From: Bacteroidota bacterium
Lineage (GTDB): Bacteria; Bacteroidota; Bacteroidia; JABEUT01
Assembly (NCBI GenBank): GCA_013289165.1
Contig: JABDAL010000004.1
Span: 6,935-70,934, forward strand
DNA length: 64,000 nt
Reading direction: 5' to 3'
The position numbers were made by a program, and so were the translations under genes. Under the pieces are notes generated by a model. It did not search any database and was not told the origin of the DNA. It worked only from the letters and a program-made list of their open reading frames with translations. This document shows, piece after piece, positions 27,373 to 36,450 of the stretch (positions within the stretch are counted from its first letter, which is position 1; every line of letters begins with the position of its first letter).

Positions 27373-27388
27373 AAAAAGCACTTAATCT

Positions 27389-27751
27389 TTATCTTTTAAA
27401 GAAGTTGAATACAGCCCTCACTTCCAACAAAGTATATACAAAATAAAGCAGGAAAAAAGTAAGTGCGAATGTCCTGGCATCCTGGCGGTGCATAAGTGCA
27501 TAAGTAAATACAAAAGCGCCACAAATAAGGAGCCTGCCAAAGCTTGCAACCATATAGATATATACAAACTTCCGGGACTGTTTTTCTTTTGTCCCGGTGA
27601 TGATGATAAAGGCAAGGACATTCATGGCAAAAAGCAGGGACACCATTGTAAGCAAAGGCAGGGATGCTATTATAAACTTTGTGAATACAATATATAAAAC
27701 AGCTGAAACTATCAGCAATTGAATAATAAACCGCCTGTGTAAAGCTTTCAT
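27389..27751 (-). CDS. small four-helix membrane protein downstream of atpZ
   Basis: 120 aa and hydrophobic. Its start overlaps the atpZ-like stop by 4 nt. Confidence 0.5.
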   Translation of the reverse strand: MKALHRRFIIQLLIVSAVLYIVFTKFIIASLPLLTMVSLLFAMNVLAFIIITGTKEKQSRKFVYIYMVASFGRLLICGAFVFTYALMHRQDARTFALTFFLLYFVYTLLEVRAVFNFFKR

Positions 27752-27987
27752 TTCTGTTTTAATAAGTCTCTTATTACAAAATACACTCCCAGGAAAACAC
27801 CAACAATGGTTAGTACCGTAGTAAACACCGGGAAACTCATAGGTATCTTATTATCAAGCCACTTACCTATAAAAAGGCACACGACAATAGTAGCAGCAAT
27901 TTGAAATGCCATGCCCGAATAGCGGGCAAGGGCATTAAGAGATGACCGCTTCGGGTTTTCGCTCGGCTCTTTCGGCTCCCTGTCCAT
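27748..27987 (-). CDS. AtpZ/AtpI-family small membrane protein
   Basis: 79 aa. ...LARYSGMAFQIAATIVVCLFIGKWLD... followed by a second TM helix, the pattern of AtpZ-type proteins. Confidence 0.7.
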   Translation of the reverse strand: MDREPKEPSENPKRSSLNALARYSGMAFQIAATIVVCLFIGKWLDNKIPMSFPVFTTVLTIVGVFLGVYFVIRDLLKQK

Positions 27988-28345
27988 TATATAAGCCTTT
28001 TACCGCATTTCCCATAACACATGAGCCGCTAAACTGGGCACCGGGTTCAATAGCTAAACGCCCCGTTACAATGTCGCCCAATAATTTGCTGCTTGCTTTC
28101 AGCGACAACAATTCATTCACGGTAATTTTCCCATTTAAAGTGCCGTGAATTTCAGCACTTTGGCAGGTTATTTCGCCATCAATCTGCCCTGTCATACCAA
28201 TCACAAGCTTTCCTTCGGTATGAAGGGAGCCTTTCAGAGTTCCGTCAATACGTATATTATCAGATGCTTTTACAATACCTTCAATAAAGGTACCCGATTT
28301 TATCTGGTTTACAAGATGTGCCTCCTCCTGAATTGTTTTTGCCAT
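27935..28345 (-). CDS. bactofilin (polymer-forming cytoskeletal protein)
   Basis: 136 aa. Beta-helical repeats IDGTLKGSL / EGKLVIGMTGQIDGEI / IHGTLNGKI / LLGDIVTGRLAIEPGAQFSG. Confidence 0.8.
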   Translation of the reverse strand: MAKTIQEEAHLVNQIKSGTFIEGIVKASDNIRIDGTLKGSLHTEGKLVIGMTGQIDGEITCQSAEIHGTLNGKITVNELLSLKASSKLLGDIVTGRLAIEPGAQFSGSCVMGNAVKGLYNGQGAERAERKPEAVIS

Positions 28346-28367
28346 GAGAATAGGGTTTTAAGAAGAA

Positions 28368-28375
28368 CAAATATA
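28368..28375 (-). promoter_or_regulatory. candidate -7 promoter box (TATATTTG) for bactofilin-atpZ
   Basis: TAnnTTTG match on the minus strand, 22 nt upstream of the ATG at 28345. Confidence 0.45.
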
Positions 28376-28437
28376 GCTTTTTCCCTAATAACAAAAAAAT
28401 ATTTTAACCTTTTTTATGCCTGTGGCAGGCAATTTAC

Positions 28438-28944
28438 TTAGTTACTTGCTTTTAATTCGTAGTAATAAGCTTTCAACGGATAAGCAGTATTCTGGTTATC
28501 GTTAATCGTTACTTTATTGGTCCACAATTCCAAATATACATCTACATCGGTATTTTCAATCAATACGCTGCTCCTGTTACCGCGAATAGTATTATACTCA
28601 AACTGCGAAACTACGCCTCCGGTAGCCCTGTCCCTAACAATAATGTAAGCAGTAGCTCTTGGGCGCATATCTTCAACAGGCAATGAAGGAGGTAATACAA
28701 ACCCATTTATGTTCAACGTATCGGCATGCTTTGCACCTTCAACAGAAAGAATAATAGATCCTCTCAATTCAATGCGTCCAACATCACCGGATTTAATAGT
28801 GCAAATTTTAATTCCGTCTTTCTGTTTAGCCTTTGCCAGATCAATCTCCATAGGGTATTCATCTTTTTTGGCCATTTTTGATTCCTGGGCAAAACAAAAG
28901 TTTGAGAATGCAATAGTGGCAGCTAGTAAAAGGGTCTTTTTCAT
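28438..28944 (-). CDS. hypothetical secreted protein
   Basis: 168 aa with a signal peptide (LLLAATIAFSNFCFAQ). No family recognised. Confidence 0.55.
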   Translation of the reverse strand: MKKTLLLAATIAFSNFCFAQESKMAKKDEYPMEIDLAKAKQKDGIKICTIKSGDVGRIELRGSIILSVEGAKHADTLNINGFVLPPSLPVEDMRPRATAYIIVRDRATGGVVSQFEYNTIRGNRSSVLIENTDVDVYLELWTNKVTINDNQNTAYPLKAYYYELKASN

Positions 28945-29019
28945 TGTAAATTTAATTTATAATTTATTAATTCCAGAGACGGCAAAGATAAAATTAATTT
29001 GGCTTGGCAAGGAATAGTG

Positions 29020-30336
29020 TTATTTTTCCCTGAAAAATATTTCAATAGGGGTGCCTGTTAAATTAAAGTTTTCGCGTAACTGGTTTTCCAGGAAGCGCTT
29101 ATAGGATTCTTCCACATATAGCGGATGGTTGCAAAACATAGCAAAAGCAGGGAAATGAGTCGGCAACTGGGTAATGTATTTTATTTTAATATACCTGTTT
29201 TTAACAGCCGGCGGAGGGTTGCCTTCAATAATTGGCAGCATCAGTTCATTCAGTTTAGATGTTGCAATTTTTTGCTTGCGATTATTATATACCTGTATAG
29301 CTATTTCCATAGCTTTCAAAACCCGTTGCCTTTCGTGCACCGATGTGAATATAACAGGGACATCACTAAAAGGTGCCAGCTTTAGCTTAATTAAATCGGT
29401 ATAATACTCTGTTGTTTTGTGGGTTTTTTCTATCAAATCCCATTTGTTTACCACAATCACTATCCCTTTATGGTTGCTCACCGCCAGGCTAAAAATGCTC
29501 ATATCTTGTGATTCAAAGCCCTGGGTGGCATCAAGGATAAGTATACATATATCGGAACGTTCAATAGCCCTTACGCTGCGGAGCACAGAATAAAACTCCA
29601 CGTCTTCTTTTTCCTTGCTTTTTTTCCGCAACCCTGCTGTGTCAATAAGCAACAGGTCATGTCCGAAACGGGTATAGCGTAAGTCAATAGCATCGCGGGT
29701 TGTTCCGGCTATTTCGGTAACTATTTGCCTCTCCTCTTCCATCAATGCATTAATAAAGGAAGACTTTCCCACATTGGGCCTGCCCACCACTGCAATACGC
29801 GGCAAGCCTTCGGGGTAATACTCATCTTTGGCATTTAAAAACAGCTTTATCATTTCATCCAGCAACTCCCCTGTTCCTCCTCCACTGACAGCAGAAACCG
29901 GGTAAACCTCACCCAGCCCGAGGGAATAAAATTCGGCAGACTGGTGAGCCCTATCATGTGTATCGGATTTATTAGCCACCACCAATATTTTGGTGTCTTT
30001 CTTTCGCGACTTACGCAGCATATTGGCAACCATCTCGTCATCGCCGGTAATTCCCTCTTCTACATCCAATACAAATAATATAATGTCTGCTTCATCAATA
30101 GCCAGTTGAACCTGCTTGCGGATGCCTGCTTCAAACACATCATCGCTTCCATGAACATAGCCGCCTGTATCAATCAATGAAAATAGCTCCCCGTTCCACT
30201 CTACCCTGCCATAGTGCCGGTCGCGGGTAACCCCACTGGTCGGGTCTTCAATAGCTGCACGGGTTTCCGTGAGCCTGTTAAACAAGGTTGATTTTCCTAC
30301 ATTGGGCCTTCCTACTATAGCTGCTATTCGTGACAT
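29020..30336 (-). CDS. der: ribosome-biogenesis GTPase Der (EngA)
   Basis: 438 aa. Two GTPase domains (GRPNVGKST twice; DTGG and DTAG; NKSD and NKWD) plus a KH-like C-terminus. Confidence 0.92.
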   Translation of the reverse strand: MSRIAAIVGRPNVGKSTLFNRLTETRAAIEDPTSGVTRDRHYGRVEWNGELFSLIDTGGYVHGSDDVFEAGIRKQVQLAIDEADIILFVLDVEEGITGDDEMVANMLRKSRKKDTKILVVANKSDTHDRAHQSAEFYSLGLGEVYPVSAVSGGGTGELLDEMIKLFLNAKDEYYPEGLPRIAVVGRPNVGKSSFINALMEEERQIVTEIAGTTRDAIDLRYTRFGHDLLLIDTAGLRKKSKEKEDVEFYSVLRSVRAIERSDICILILDATQGFESQDMSIFSLAVSNHKGIVIVVNKWDLIEKTHKTTEYYTDLIKLKLAPFSDVPVIFTSVHERQRVLKAMEIAIQVYNNRKQKIATSKLNELMLPIIEGNPPPAVKNRYIKIKYITQLPTHFPAFAMFCNHPLYVEESYKRFLENQLRENFNLTGTPIEIFFREK

Positions 30337-30345
30337 TTTATTTGA

Positions 30346-31221
30346 TTATGTTAAGTACCCAAAATTCTTTAAATGTAAATCGTTATCTCTCCAATCTTTC
30401 TTCACTTTCACCTGCACTTCGAGAAATACTTTTTGTGCCAGCCATTTCTCAATATCCTTGCGTGCAGCAGTGGCAGTTCTTTTCAACGCCTCTCCCAACT
30501 TGCCTATTATAATACCTTTTTGGCTATGCCTGTTTACATATATTACACAACGTATGCGTGTTAGTTTTTCTGTTTCTATAAACTCTTCTGTTATCACTTC
30601 TACCGAATAGGGTATTTCCTGCTGGTAATACAATAGTATTTTCTCCCTCAGTATTTCTGCAATAAAAAACTTTTCCGGTAAATCGGAGACCTGGTCCTGG
30701 GGATAAAACGGTTCTCCCTCCGGAAGATGAAAGAGCAATAAGCCCTTTAGTTCTTTTATATTAAAATTATGCAAGGCAGATGTAGCAATAATATGGGCAG
30801 GGTTAAGCTGTTCTTTTAATAGTTCTATTTTCTTTCCTGTTTCTTCCTGTTTGCCGAGGTCCATTTTATTCATTACAATAACCAGCGGAAGTTTCGATTG
30901 TTTTAGCTTTTCCACTAATTCCTGCGGAAAATGGTTTTCTTCCACATCGGTTACAGCCATTATGATATCAGCGTCCTCCAATGCCTCCCCTACCCTTTTC
31001 ATCATAGCTTGCTGCATTTTATAATGCGGCTTTAGTACGCCGGGAGTATCGGAAAACATCATTTGATAGCCGGGGCCGTTATCAATAGCTGTAATACGGT
31101 GTCGGGTTGTTTGGGGCTTATGTGTAACAATAGACAACTTTTGCTCCATCAATGCATTCACAAGAGTTGACTTGCCTACATTGGGACTACCCACTACACT
31201 TATCCAGCCAGATTTAAACAT
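30346..31221 (-). CDS. era: GTPase Era
   Basis: GSPNVGKSTL, DTPG, NKMD and a KH domain. Start trimmed to the ATG at 31221 (MFKSGWISVVG), which sits 18 nt downstream of a -7 box. Confidence 0.9.
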   Translation of the reverse strand: MFKSGWISVVGSPNVGKSTLVNALMEQKLSIVTHKPQTTRHRITAIDNGPGYQMMFSDTPGVLKPHYKMQQAMMKRVGEALEDADIIMAVTDVEENHFPQELVEKLKQSKLPLVIVMNKMDLGKQEETGKKIELLKEQLNPAHIIATSALHNFNIKELKGLLLFHLPEGEPFYPQDQVSDLPEKFFIAEILREKILLYYQQEIPYSVEVITEEFIETEKLTRIRCVIYVNRHSQKGIIIGKLGEALKRTATAARKDIEKWLAQKVFLEVQVKVKKDWRDNDLHLKNFGYLT

Positions 31222-31239
31222 TCTTTTTAATTCGGGCTG

Positions 31240-31247
31240 CAAAAGTA
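31240..31247 (-). promoter_or_regulatory. candidate -7 promoter box (TACTTTTG) for era-der
   Basis: TAnnTTTG match on the minus strand, 18 nt upstream of the ATG at 31221. It lies inside the longer ORF-track prediction, which supports the shorter gene. Confidence 0.45.
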
Positions 31248-31335
31248 ATCTATATTTTAAATGGAGTCCTTTATAAAACAGGAAAGGCCGCCCGATGGAC
31301 GACCTTTTCCTTATCAATCAAATTGCGCTGCTCCT

Positions 31336-33069
31336 TTAATGTATGGTCAGGAATGGTCTCAACTCGTTAATATTTGTTCCGCTCAGGCGCAACATATATT
31401 TACCCGGAGTCAATTTAGACACATCCAATAAGATTGATTTTCCCGGACCGACTGATACATCGTTTTGTTGCAGTACCTGTCGTCCAATCATATCATATAC
31501 TTCCAATTTGCAAGTAGTGCTAATTCCGCTCACCTGGACAGTAAGCTGACTCCTTACAGGGTCAGGATAAAGGTTTACAGAATAAGTGGAAGAATAAAGC
31601 TCTTCTATACCTGCTTTAACCTTCTTAGCATTTCGTACATGCACACTGTCGCATACTTTACAACCATTCCGGTCTGTAATACATACTTGGTATGCACCGT
31701 GGCATAAGTTCGTATCCCGCTGTAAGTATCCAAGAGAATCATAATATAGTTTACTCTTCACCGCTGCCGACCAGGAGAAGGCATAAGGAGGATTGCCTCC
31801 ATGAACTACTACAGCTACTATACCACTGCATGAACCTGTATCAGGAGCAAGCGTATCTATTACCAATACTATGGGAGTAGGCTGGCGGACAATTACCGTA
31901 CCTGTTCCAGTACAGAAATTCTTATCTACTATGACAAAAGTATATGTACCTGCTGAAAGCCCGGAAGCAACATTTGTACTGCTACCCGAAGACCAGCTAT
32001 AGGTATAGGGGGCCACACCACCACTCACGTTAGCGATAACACCAGCTCCATCATTTTTACCATAACAGGAGTCGTTAATTGCATAAGCATTAAAAGTTGG
32101 GCCGGTATGAGCAATAACAGCAGAAGCAGTTAAACCACAGCCATTATTATCTTTAATTGTAACAGTATATGTTCCTTGTGACAGACCAGTCGCTACAGCA
32201 CCTGTGCCCCCTGATGGAGACCAAGAGTAGGTGTATGGACCTGTTCCACCATGAACAACAGCATATGCAGAACCATTATTATTGCTACAAGATGCTCCGG
32301 TAGTGTATATCGAATCAGCAAGTGCCGCAGGTTGAATGATATTAATATTTGCAGTACTTGTACATCCGTTTTTATCCGTTACTTTTACATTGTAAGCTCC
32401 GGCGCTTAACCCTGTGGCAGCAGCATTAGTGCCTCCACTTGGCGACCAGCTATACGTGTAGGGCGAAACTCCACCGCTAACAGTTAAAATAGCCGCCGCA
32501 CCATTATTGCCTCCATGGCAAGATACAGGCGTTGCAGTGTAGGTAAGCGAGAGTCCAGACGTTATAGTCACTCCTTTAGTGGCTGTACAGCCATTTTTAT
32601 CAGTCACCTTTATCGTATAGGTTCCTGCACTAAGGCCGGTCGCAAGTGCATTAGTACCTCCGCTTGGCGTCCATGAATAGGTGTATGGGCTTGCTCCGCC
32701 AGATGCAGTTACCATTGCACTGCCATTGTTATTGCTGCACGTAGCATTTGTGAAAGTAACAGCAGCAGTTACAGGAGGAGGGCCTACTATAAAACTTCTG
32801 GTAGTACTATCACCCTTGGAATCTAACAATATTAAATAGTAGGTTCCGGGACACAAAAGGGTGTCGGGGTTTTTCCTTTCACCGTTACTCCAGTAGTAAG
32901 TATAAGGAGCCACGCCACCTGTTACGGTAGCTGTAGCCCTACCATTACAATTGCTACAGGAAGCAGCATTCACCACATGAATGGAGTCAATAATGGGTCT
33001 TTGCTGGGAATACGCGCTTACACAAAATAATGAAAACGCGAAAAGAATTAGGGGAATTTTTCGATTCAT
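31336..33069 (-). CDS. SprB-repeat surface protein with a T9SS type A C-terminal sorting domain
   Basis: 577 aa with a signal peptide. At least six repeats of C..NNGSA...V.GG..PYTYSWSPSGGT....GLSAGTY.V.V.D.NGC. C-terminus LYPDPV..LTVQ...VYDMIGRQV...L..GKYML. Confidence 0.85.
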   Translation of the reverse strand: MNRKIPLILFAFSLFCVSAYSQQRPIIDSIHVVNAASCSNCNGRATATVTGGVAPYTYYWSNGERKNPDTLLCPGTYYLILLDSKGDSTTRSFIVGPPPVTAAVTFTNATCSNNNGSAMVTASGGASPYTYSWTPSGGTNALATGLSAGTYTIKVTDKNGCTATKGVTITSGLSLTYTATPVSCHGGNNGAAAILTVSGGVSPYTYSWSPSGGTNAAATGLSAGAYNVKVTDKNGCTSTANINIIQPAALADSIYTTGASCSNNNGSAYAVVHGGTGPYTYSWSPSGGTGAVATGLSQGTYTVTIKDNNGCGLTASAVIAHTGPTFNAYAINDSCYGKNDGAGVIANVSGGVAPYTYSWSSGSSTNVASGLSAGTYTFVIVDKNFCTGTGTVIVRQPTPIVLVIDTLAPDTGSCSGIVAVVVHGGNPPYAFSWSAAVKSKLYYDSLGYLQRDTNLCHGAYQVCITDRNGCKVCDSVHVRNAKKVKAGIEELYSSTYSVNLYPDPVRSQLTVQVSGISTTCKLEVYDMIGRQVLQQNDVSVGPGKSILLDVSKLTPGKYMLRLSGTNINELRPFLTIH

Positions 33070-33219
33070 AGCTTTTTAAATTAGAGGTTAATTAAAAATT
33101 AATTATTAGTTACTTCGACAAAAGTAAAATAAAAATAATACAACAGGACACAAATGCATAGTATTTTTCCGCAAAACTGAGAAAAATCATACAAACACAA
33201 TAAACCCTAAATATTGCCG

Positions 33220-33924
33220 TTAATGCGTTCTTTTTTCATTTCCATTTTCATCATAGTTCTTCACTGCTCCACTTATAGCATCGGCGTTATAAGGGGTTTC
33301 GCTTTTTAATTTCCCATTTTCGTAATAGTCTTTCTCTATTCCATTTCGCTTATCTTCTACACAGGGGATTTCTGACATAAGTGTACCATTTTCATAATAT
33401 ACTTTCACTGTCCCATTTTTTAAATTATTACGATAGGTTGTTTCACTTTTTAGTTTCCCACTTTCATAATACAACTCTCCTGTTCCGTTTTTCTTATCAT
33501 ATATATATGGTATTTTATTTAAGATGACACCACTTTCATAATACGTTGTTGCAACACCATTTATAGAATCATTCGAATAAGGAATTTCTTTCAATAATTT
33601 GCCACTTTCAAAATATAGCTTTCCTACCCCGTTCCGCTTCCCATCGACATAGGGTATCAACGCAGCGAGTTTATTATCCTTATAGTAATAGTGTGATATT
33701 CCTATGGCTTTACCTGAATGGTATATGGTAAGCCGGTAATAAGGGGCATTGAAGGCATTTGTAACTTTTCCTTTTTCATCTATCTTCTCTATCCACTTGC
33801 CCTCTTTCAGAGAGTCTTTGAAAATGTTTGTGGCTTCTGTTTTATTCGTGAACCCTGTATCTTGCTGCCCATATATAAGAGGAACAAAACAAATAAAGAG
33901 AAATATGGATAAGCAAACTTTCAT
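33220..33924 (-). CDS. MORN-repeat (YwqK-like) protein
   Basis: 234 aa with a signal peptide. Tandem repeats of YYESGKL..E.PY....NG. Confidence 0.7.
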   Translation of the reverse strand: MKVCLSIFLFICFVPLIYGQQDTGFTNKTEATNIFKDSLKEGKWIEKIDEKGKVTNAFNAPYYRLTIYHSGKAIGISHYYYKDNKLAALIPYVDGKRNGVGKLYFESGKLLKEIPYSNDSINGVATTYYESGVILNKIPYIYDKKNGTGELYYESGKLKSETTYRNNLKNGTVKVYYENGTLMSEIPCVEDKRNGIEKDYYENGKLKSETPYNADAISGAVKNYDENGNEKRTH

Positions 33925-33985
33925 TTTGTCGTAAACAGAACTTGGGGATGCTTATTATTTAGAGTTCCGATAGAAACTAAAACAA

Positions 33986-35116
33986 TCAGGATTGTACAGC
34001 CTGTTGCCTAGCTCCCACTTTATTCTTTTCCATAAGGCTGATAAACTCATCAAACACATAGCGTGCATCTTCAGGACCGGGAGTAGCCTCAGGGTGGTAT
34101 TGAACAGCAAAAACAGGTTTATTTTTTAAACGTATACCTTCCACTGTGCCATCATTCAGGTTAATATGGGTAATCTCTGCATTCTTCGATTCCTTAACTC
34201 CTTCTTCACTTACAGCAAAGCCATGATTTTGGGAAGTGATTTCGCATTTACCTGTCAAAAGGTTTTTCACAGGATGATTTATTCCCCTGTGCCCATTGTG
34301 CATTTTATATGTTTCGATTCCACTGGCAAGGGCAATCAACTGGTGGCCGAGGCAGATTCCTAATGTGGGTATACCTGTTTCAATAATCCCGGCAATGCTT
34401 GCCACTTCATTATGCATGGCTCCGGGGTCGCCAGGGCCATTAGAAATTAAGATTCCGTCAGGTTTCCATTTAATAATATCATTCACCGAAGAAGCCATGG
34501 GATATACTTTCACATTACAATCCCTGTCAGTAAGGCAGCGTACAATATTTCCTTTCACGCCAAAATCAAAAAGAGCTACTTTAAAGCGGGCATCTGCTTT
34601 CCCTTCTTCATAAGGCTTGTCGGTAGTAACTTTTGATGATAGTTCAAGCCCCTGCATAGAAGGAACTTTTTCCAGAAGTCCTTTGAGCGTATCAATATCC
34701 GTAATCTTAGAGGAAATAATTCCATTCATGGCTCCTTTGCTGCGTAAATAGCGGACAAGAGAACGGGTATCAATATCAGAAATGGCAACTATTCCATTAT
34801 CAACAAAAAATTTCTTGAGAGATGTTTGCGCTCTTTTGCGGGAAGGAATTTCATTAAATGTACGGCAGATTAATCCGGCAATCTTAACACCTTTCGATTC
34901 GTTTTCATGATTCTCTATGCCGTAATTACCAATATGTACATGTGTCGCAATAAGTAATTGTCCGTAATAGGAAGGGTCGGTAAATATTTCCTGGTAGCCC
35001 GTCATCCCCGTATTAAAACAAAGCTCGCCGGTAGTGGTGCCTATGGCTCCGCAAGCTCTTCCGTGGAAAACCTTCCCATCCTCTAAGAGAAGTATTGCAG
35101 GTGGATTATTTGCCAT
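33986..35116 (-). CDS. carA: carbamoyl-phosphate synthase small (glutaminase) subunit
   Basis: 376 aa. CarA N-domain plus class I amidotransferase motifs GICLGHQL and HPE. Confidence 0.92.
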   Translation of the reverse strand: MANNPPAILLLEDGKVFHGRACGAIGTTTGELCFNTGMTGYQEIFTDPSYYGQLLIATHVHIGNYGIENHENESKGVKIAGLICRTFNEIPSRKRAQTSLKKFFVDNGIVAISDIDTRSLVRYLRSKGAMNGIISSKITDIDTLKGLLEKVPSMQGLELSSKVTTDKPYEEGKADARFKVALFDFGVKGNIVRCLTDRDCNVKVYPMASSVNDIIKWKPDGILISNGPGDPGAMHNEVASIAGIIETGIPTLGICLGHQLIALASGIETYKMHNGHRGINHPVKNLLTGKCEITSQNHGFAVSEEGVKESKNAEITHINLNDGTVEGIRLKNKPVFAVQYHPEATPGPEDARYVFDEFISLMEKNKVGARQQAVQS

Positions 35117-35145
35117 CTTTTATGAATTGAAGGTTTAAGTTGCGG

Positions 35146-35153
35146 CAAAGTTA
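35146..35153 (-). promoter_or_regulatory. candidate -7 promoter box (TAACTTTG) for carA
   Basis: TAnnTTTG match on the minus strand, 29 nt upstream of the ATG at 35116. Confidence 0.4.
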
Positions 35154-35270
35154 CGTTTCCTATATAAATCACATGAAACAAATTTCAAATTTTATTAACG
35201 AAATATTACACTATTCTTAACAAATGCTCGCTGCTTCATTTAATTATATTTGAATCTTTAAAAGATATTT

Positions 35271-36386
35271 ATGCAAATACATACAAGGAACCTGAAAGAA
35301 GTTTGCACATTATTTTTCCGATTAGGTATCACTTCATTTGGAGGCCCTGCTGCACATATTGCTATTATGGAAAAGGAGCTTGTGCATAAAAGGGAATGGA
35401 TGACGAGGGAACATTTTTTAGATTTAATTGGGGCCACTAATCTAATTCCGGGCCCTAATAGCACTGAAATGGCCATGCACTGTGGATATAGCCGTGCCGG
35501 CGCCATAGGATTATGGCTTGCAGGTTTTTGTTTCATTTTTCCTGCGGTTGTTATTACTACTATACTTGCCTGGTTCTATAAGCAATATGGGACTTTACCG
35601 GCTATTGAGCCTTTTTTCTTCGGTGTAAAACCGGCAGTAATTGCTATCATTCTGGATGCTGTATTCAAGTTTGGCAAAAAGGCATTGAAGAGCTGGCAAT
35701 TGGGCATCCTCGGTAGTATTACATTAGTAGCGGCCCTGTTTAATGTGAGTGATATACTACTATTACTTGCTGCCGGATTTGCAGGAATGATTTGGCTTGC
35801 CGGAATAAAAGGAGATACAAAGAATATTTTTCCTTTTACTTTATTACAGGTTGGAAACTTACTTCCCTCCTATTATCCAGCAAAATTATTTTTTGTGTTT
35901 TTAAAAATAGGCTGCATATTATTCGGCAGCGGATATGTATTATTTGCCTATTTAGACGGTGACCTTGTACAGCATTTGCATTGGTTAAGCCGCCGGCAAC
36001 TTATGGATGCAGTGGCAGCAGGGCAATTTACACCGGGGCCGGTGCTTTCCACGGCTACATTTATAGGCTATCAAATATCCGGCATGAAAGGAGCATTAGT
36101 TTCTACCATTGGTATTTTTCTGCCTTCTTTCTTTTTTGTGTGGTTGCTTACTCCATTTATTCCTCGGCTTCGCAAATCTAACTTAACTTCTGCTTTTTTA
36201 GATTCGGTAAATGTTGCTTCCGTTGCGTTAATGCTCGCAGTAACTTTACAAATGGGTTATTCTACACTCGTCAACTGGAAAACATGGCTCATTGCCATAG
36301 CCGGATTTGCCTGTCTTTGGCAATTCAAAAAAGTAAATGCAGTCTGGATAATTTTAGGCGGAGCGGTTGCAGGGTATTTGTTATGA
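35271..36386 (+). CDS. chrA: chromate transporter (ChrA family, duplicated CHR domains)
   Basis: 371 aa. FFRLGITSFGGPAAHIA..., ATNLIPGPNSTE, and a second half with GSGYVL...QFTPGPV. Confidence 0.85.
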   Translation: MQIHTRNLKEVCTLFFRLGITSFGGPAAHIAIMEKELVHKREWMTREHFLDLIGATNLIPGPNSTEMAMHCGYSRAGAIGLWLAGFCFIFPAVVITTILAWFYKQYGTLPAIEPFFFGVKPAVIAIILDAVFKFGKKALKSWQLGILGSITLVAALFNVSDILLLLAAGFAGMIWLAGIKGDTKNIFPFTLLQVGNLLPSYYPAKLFFVFLKIGCILFGSGYVLFAYLDGDLVQHLHWLSRRQLMDAVAAGQFTPGPVLSTATFIGYQISGMKGALVSTIGIFLPSFFFVWLLTPFIPRLRKSNLTSAFLDSVNVASVALMLAVTLQMGYSTLVNWKTWLIAIAGFACLWQFKKVNAVWIILGGAVAGYLL

Positions 36387-36450
36387 GCTTGTTTTAAAAT
36401 ATATTATTTGATATTAAATTATCATGTACTTTTAACCAAAATTATATACT

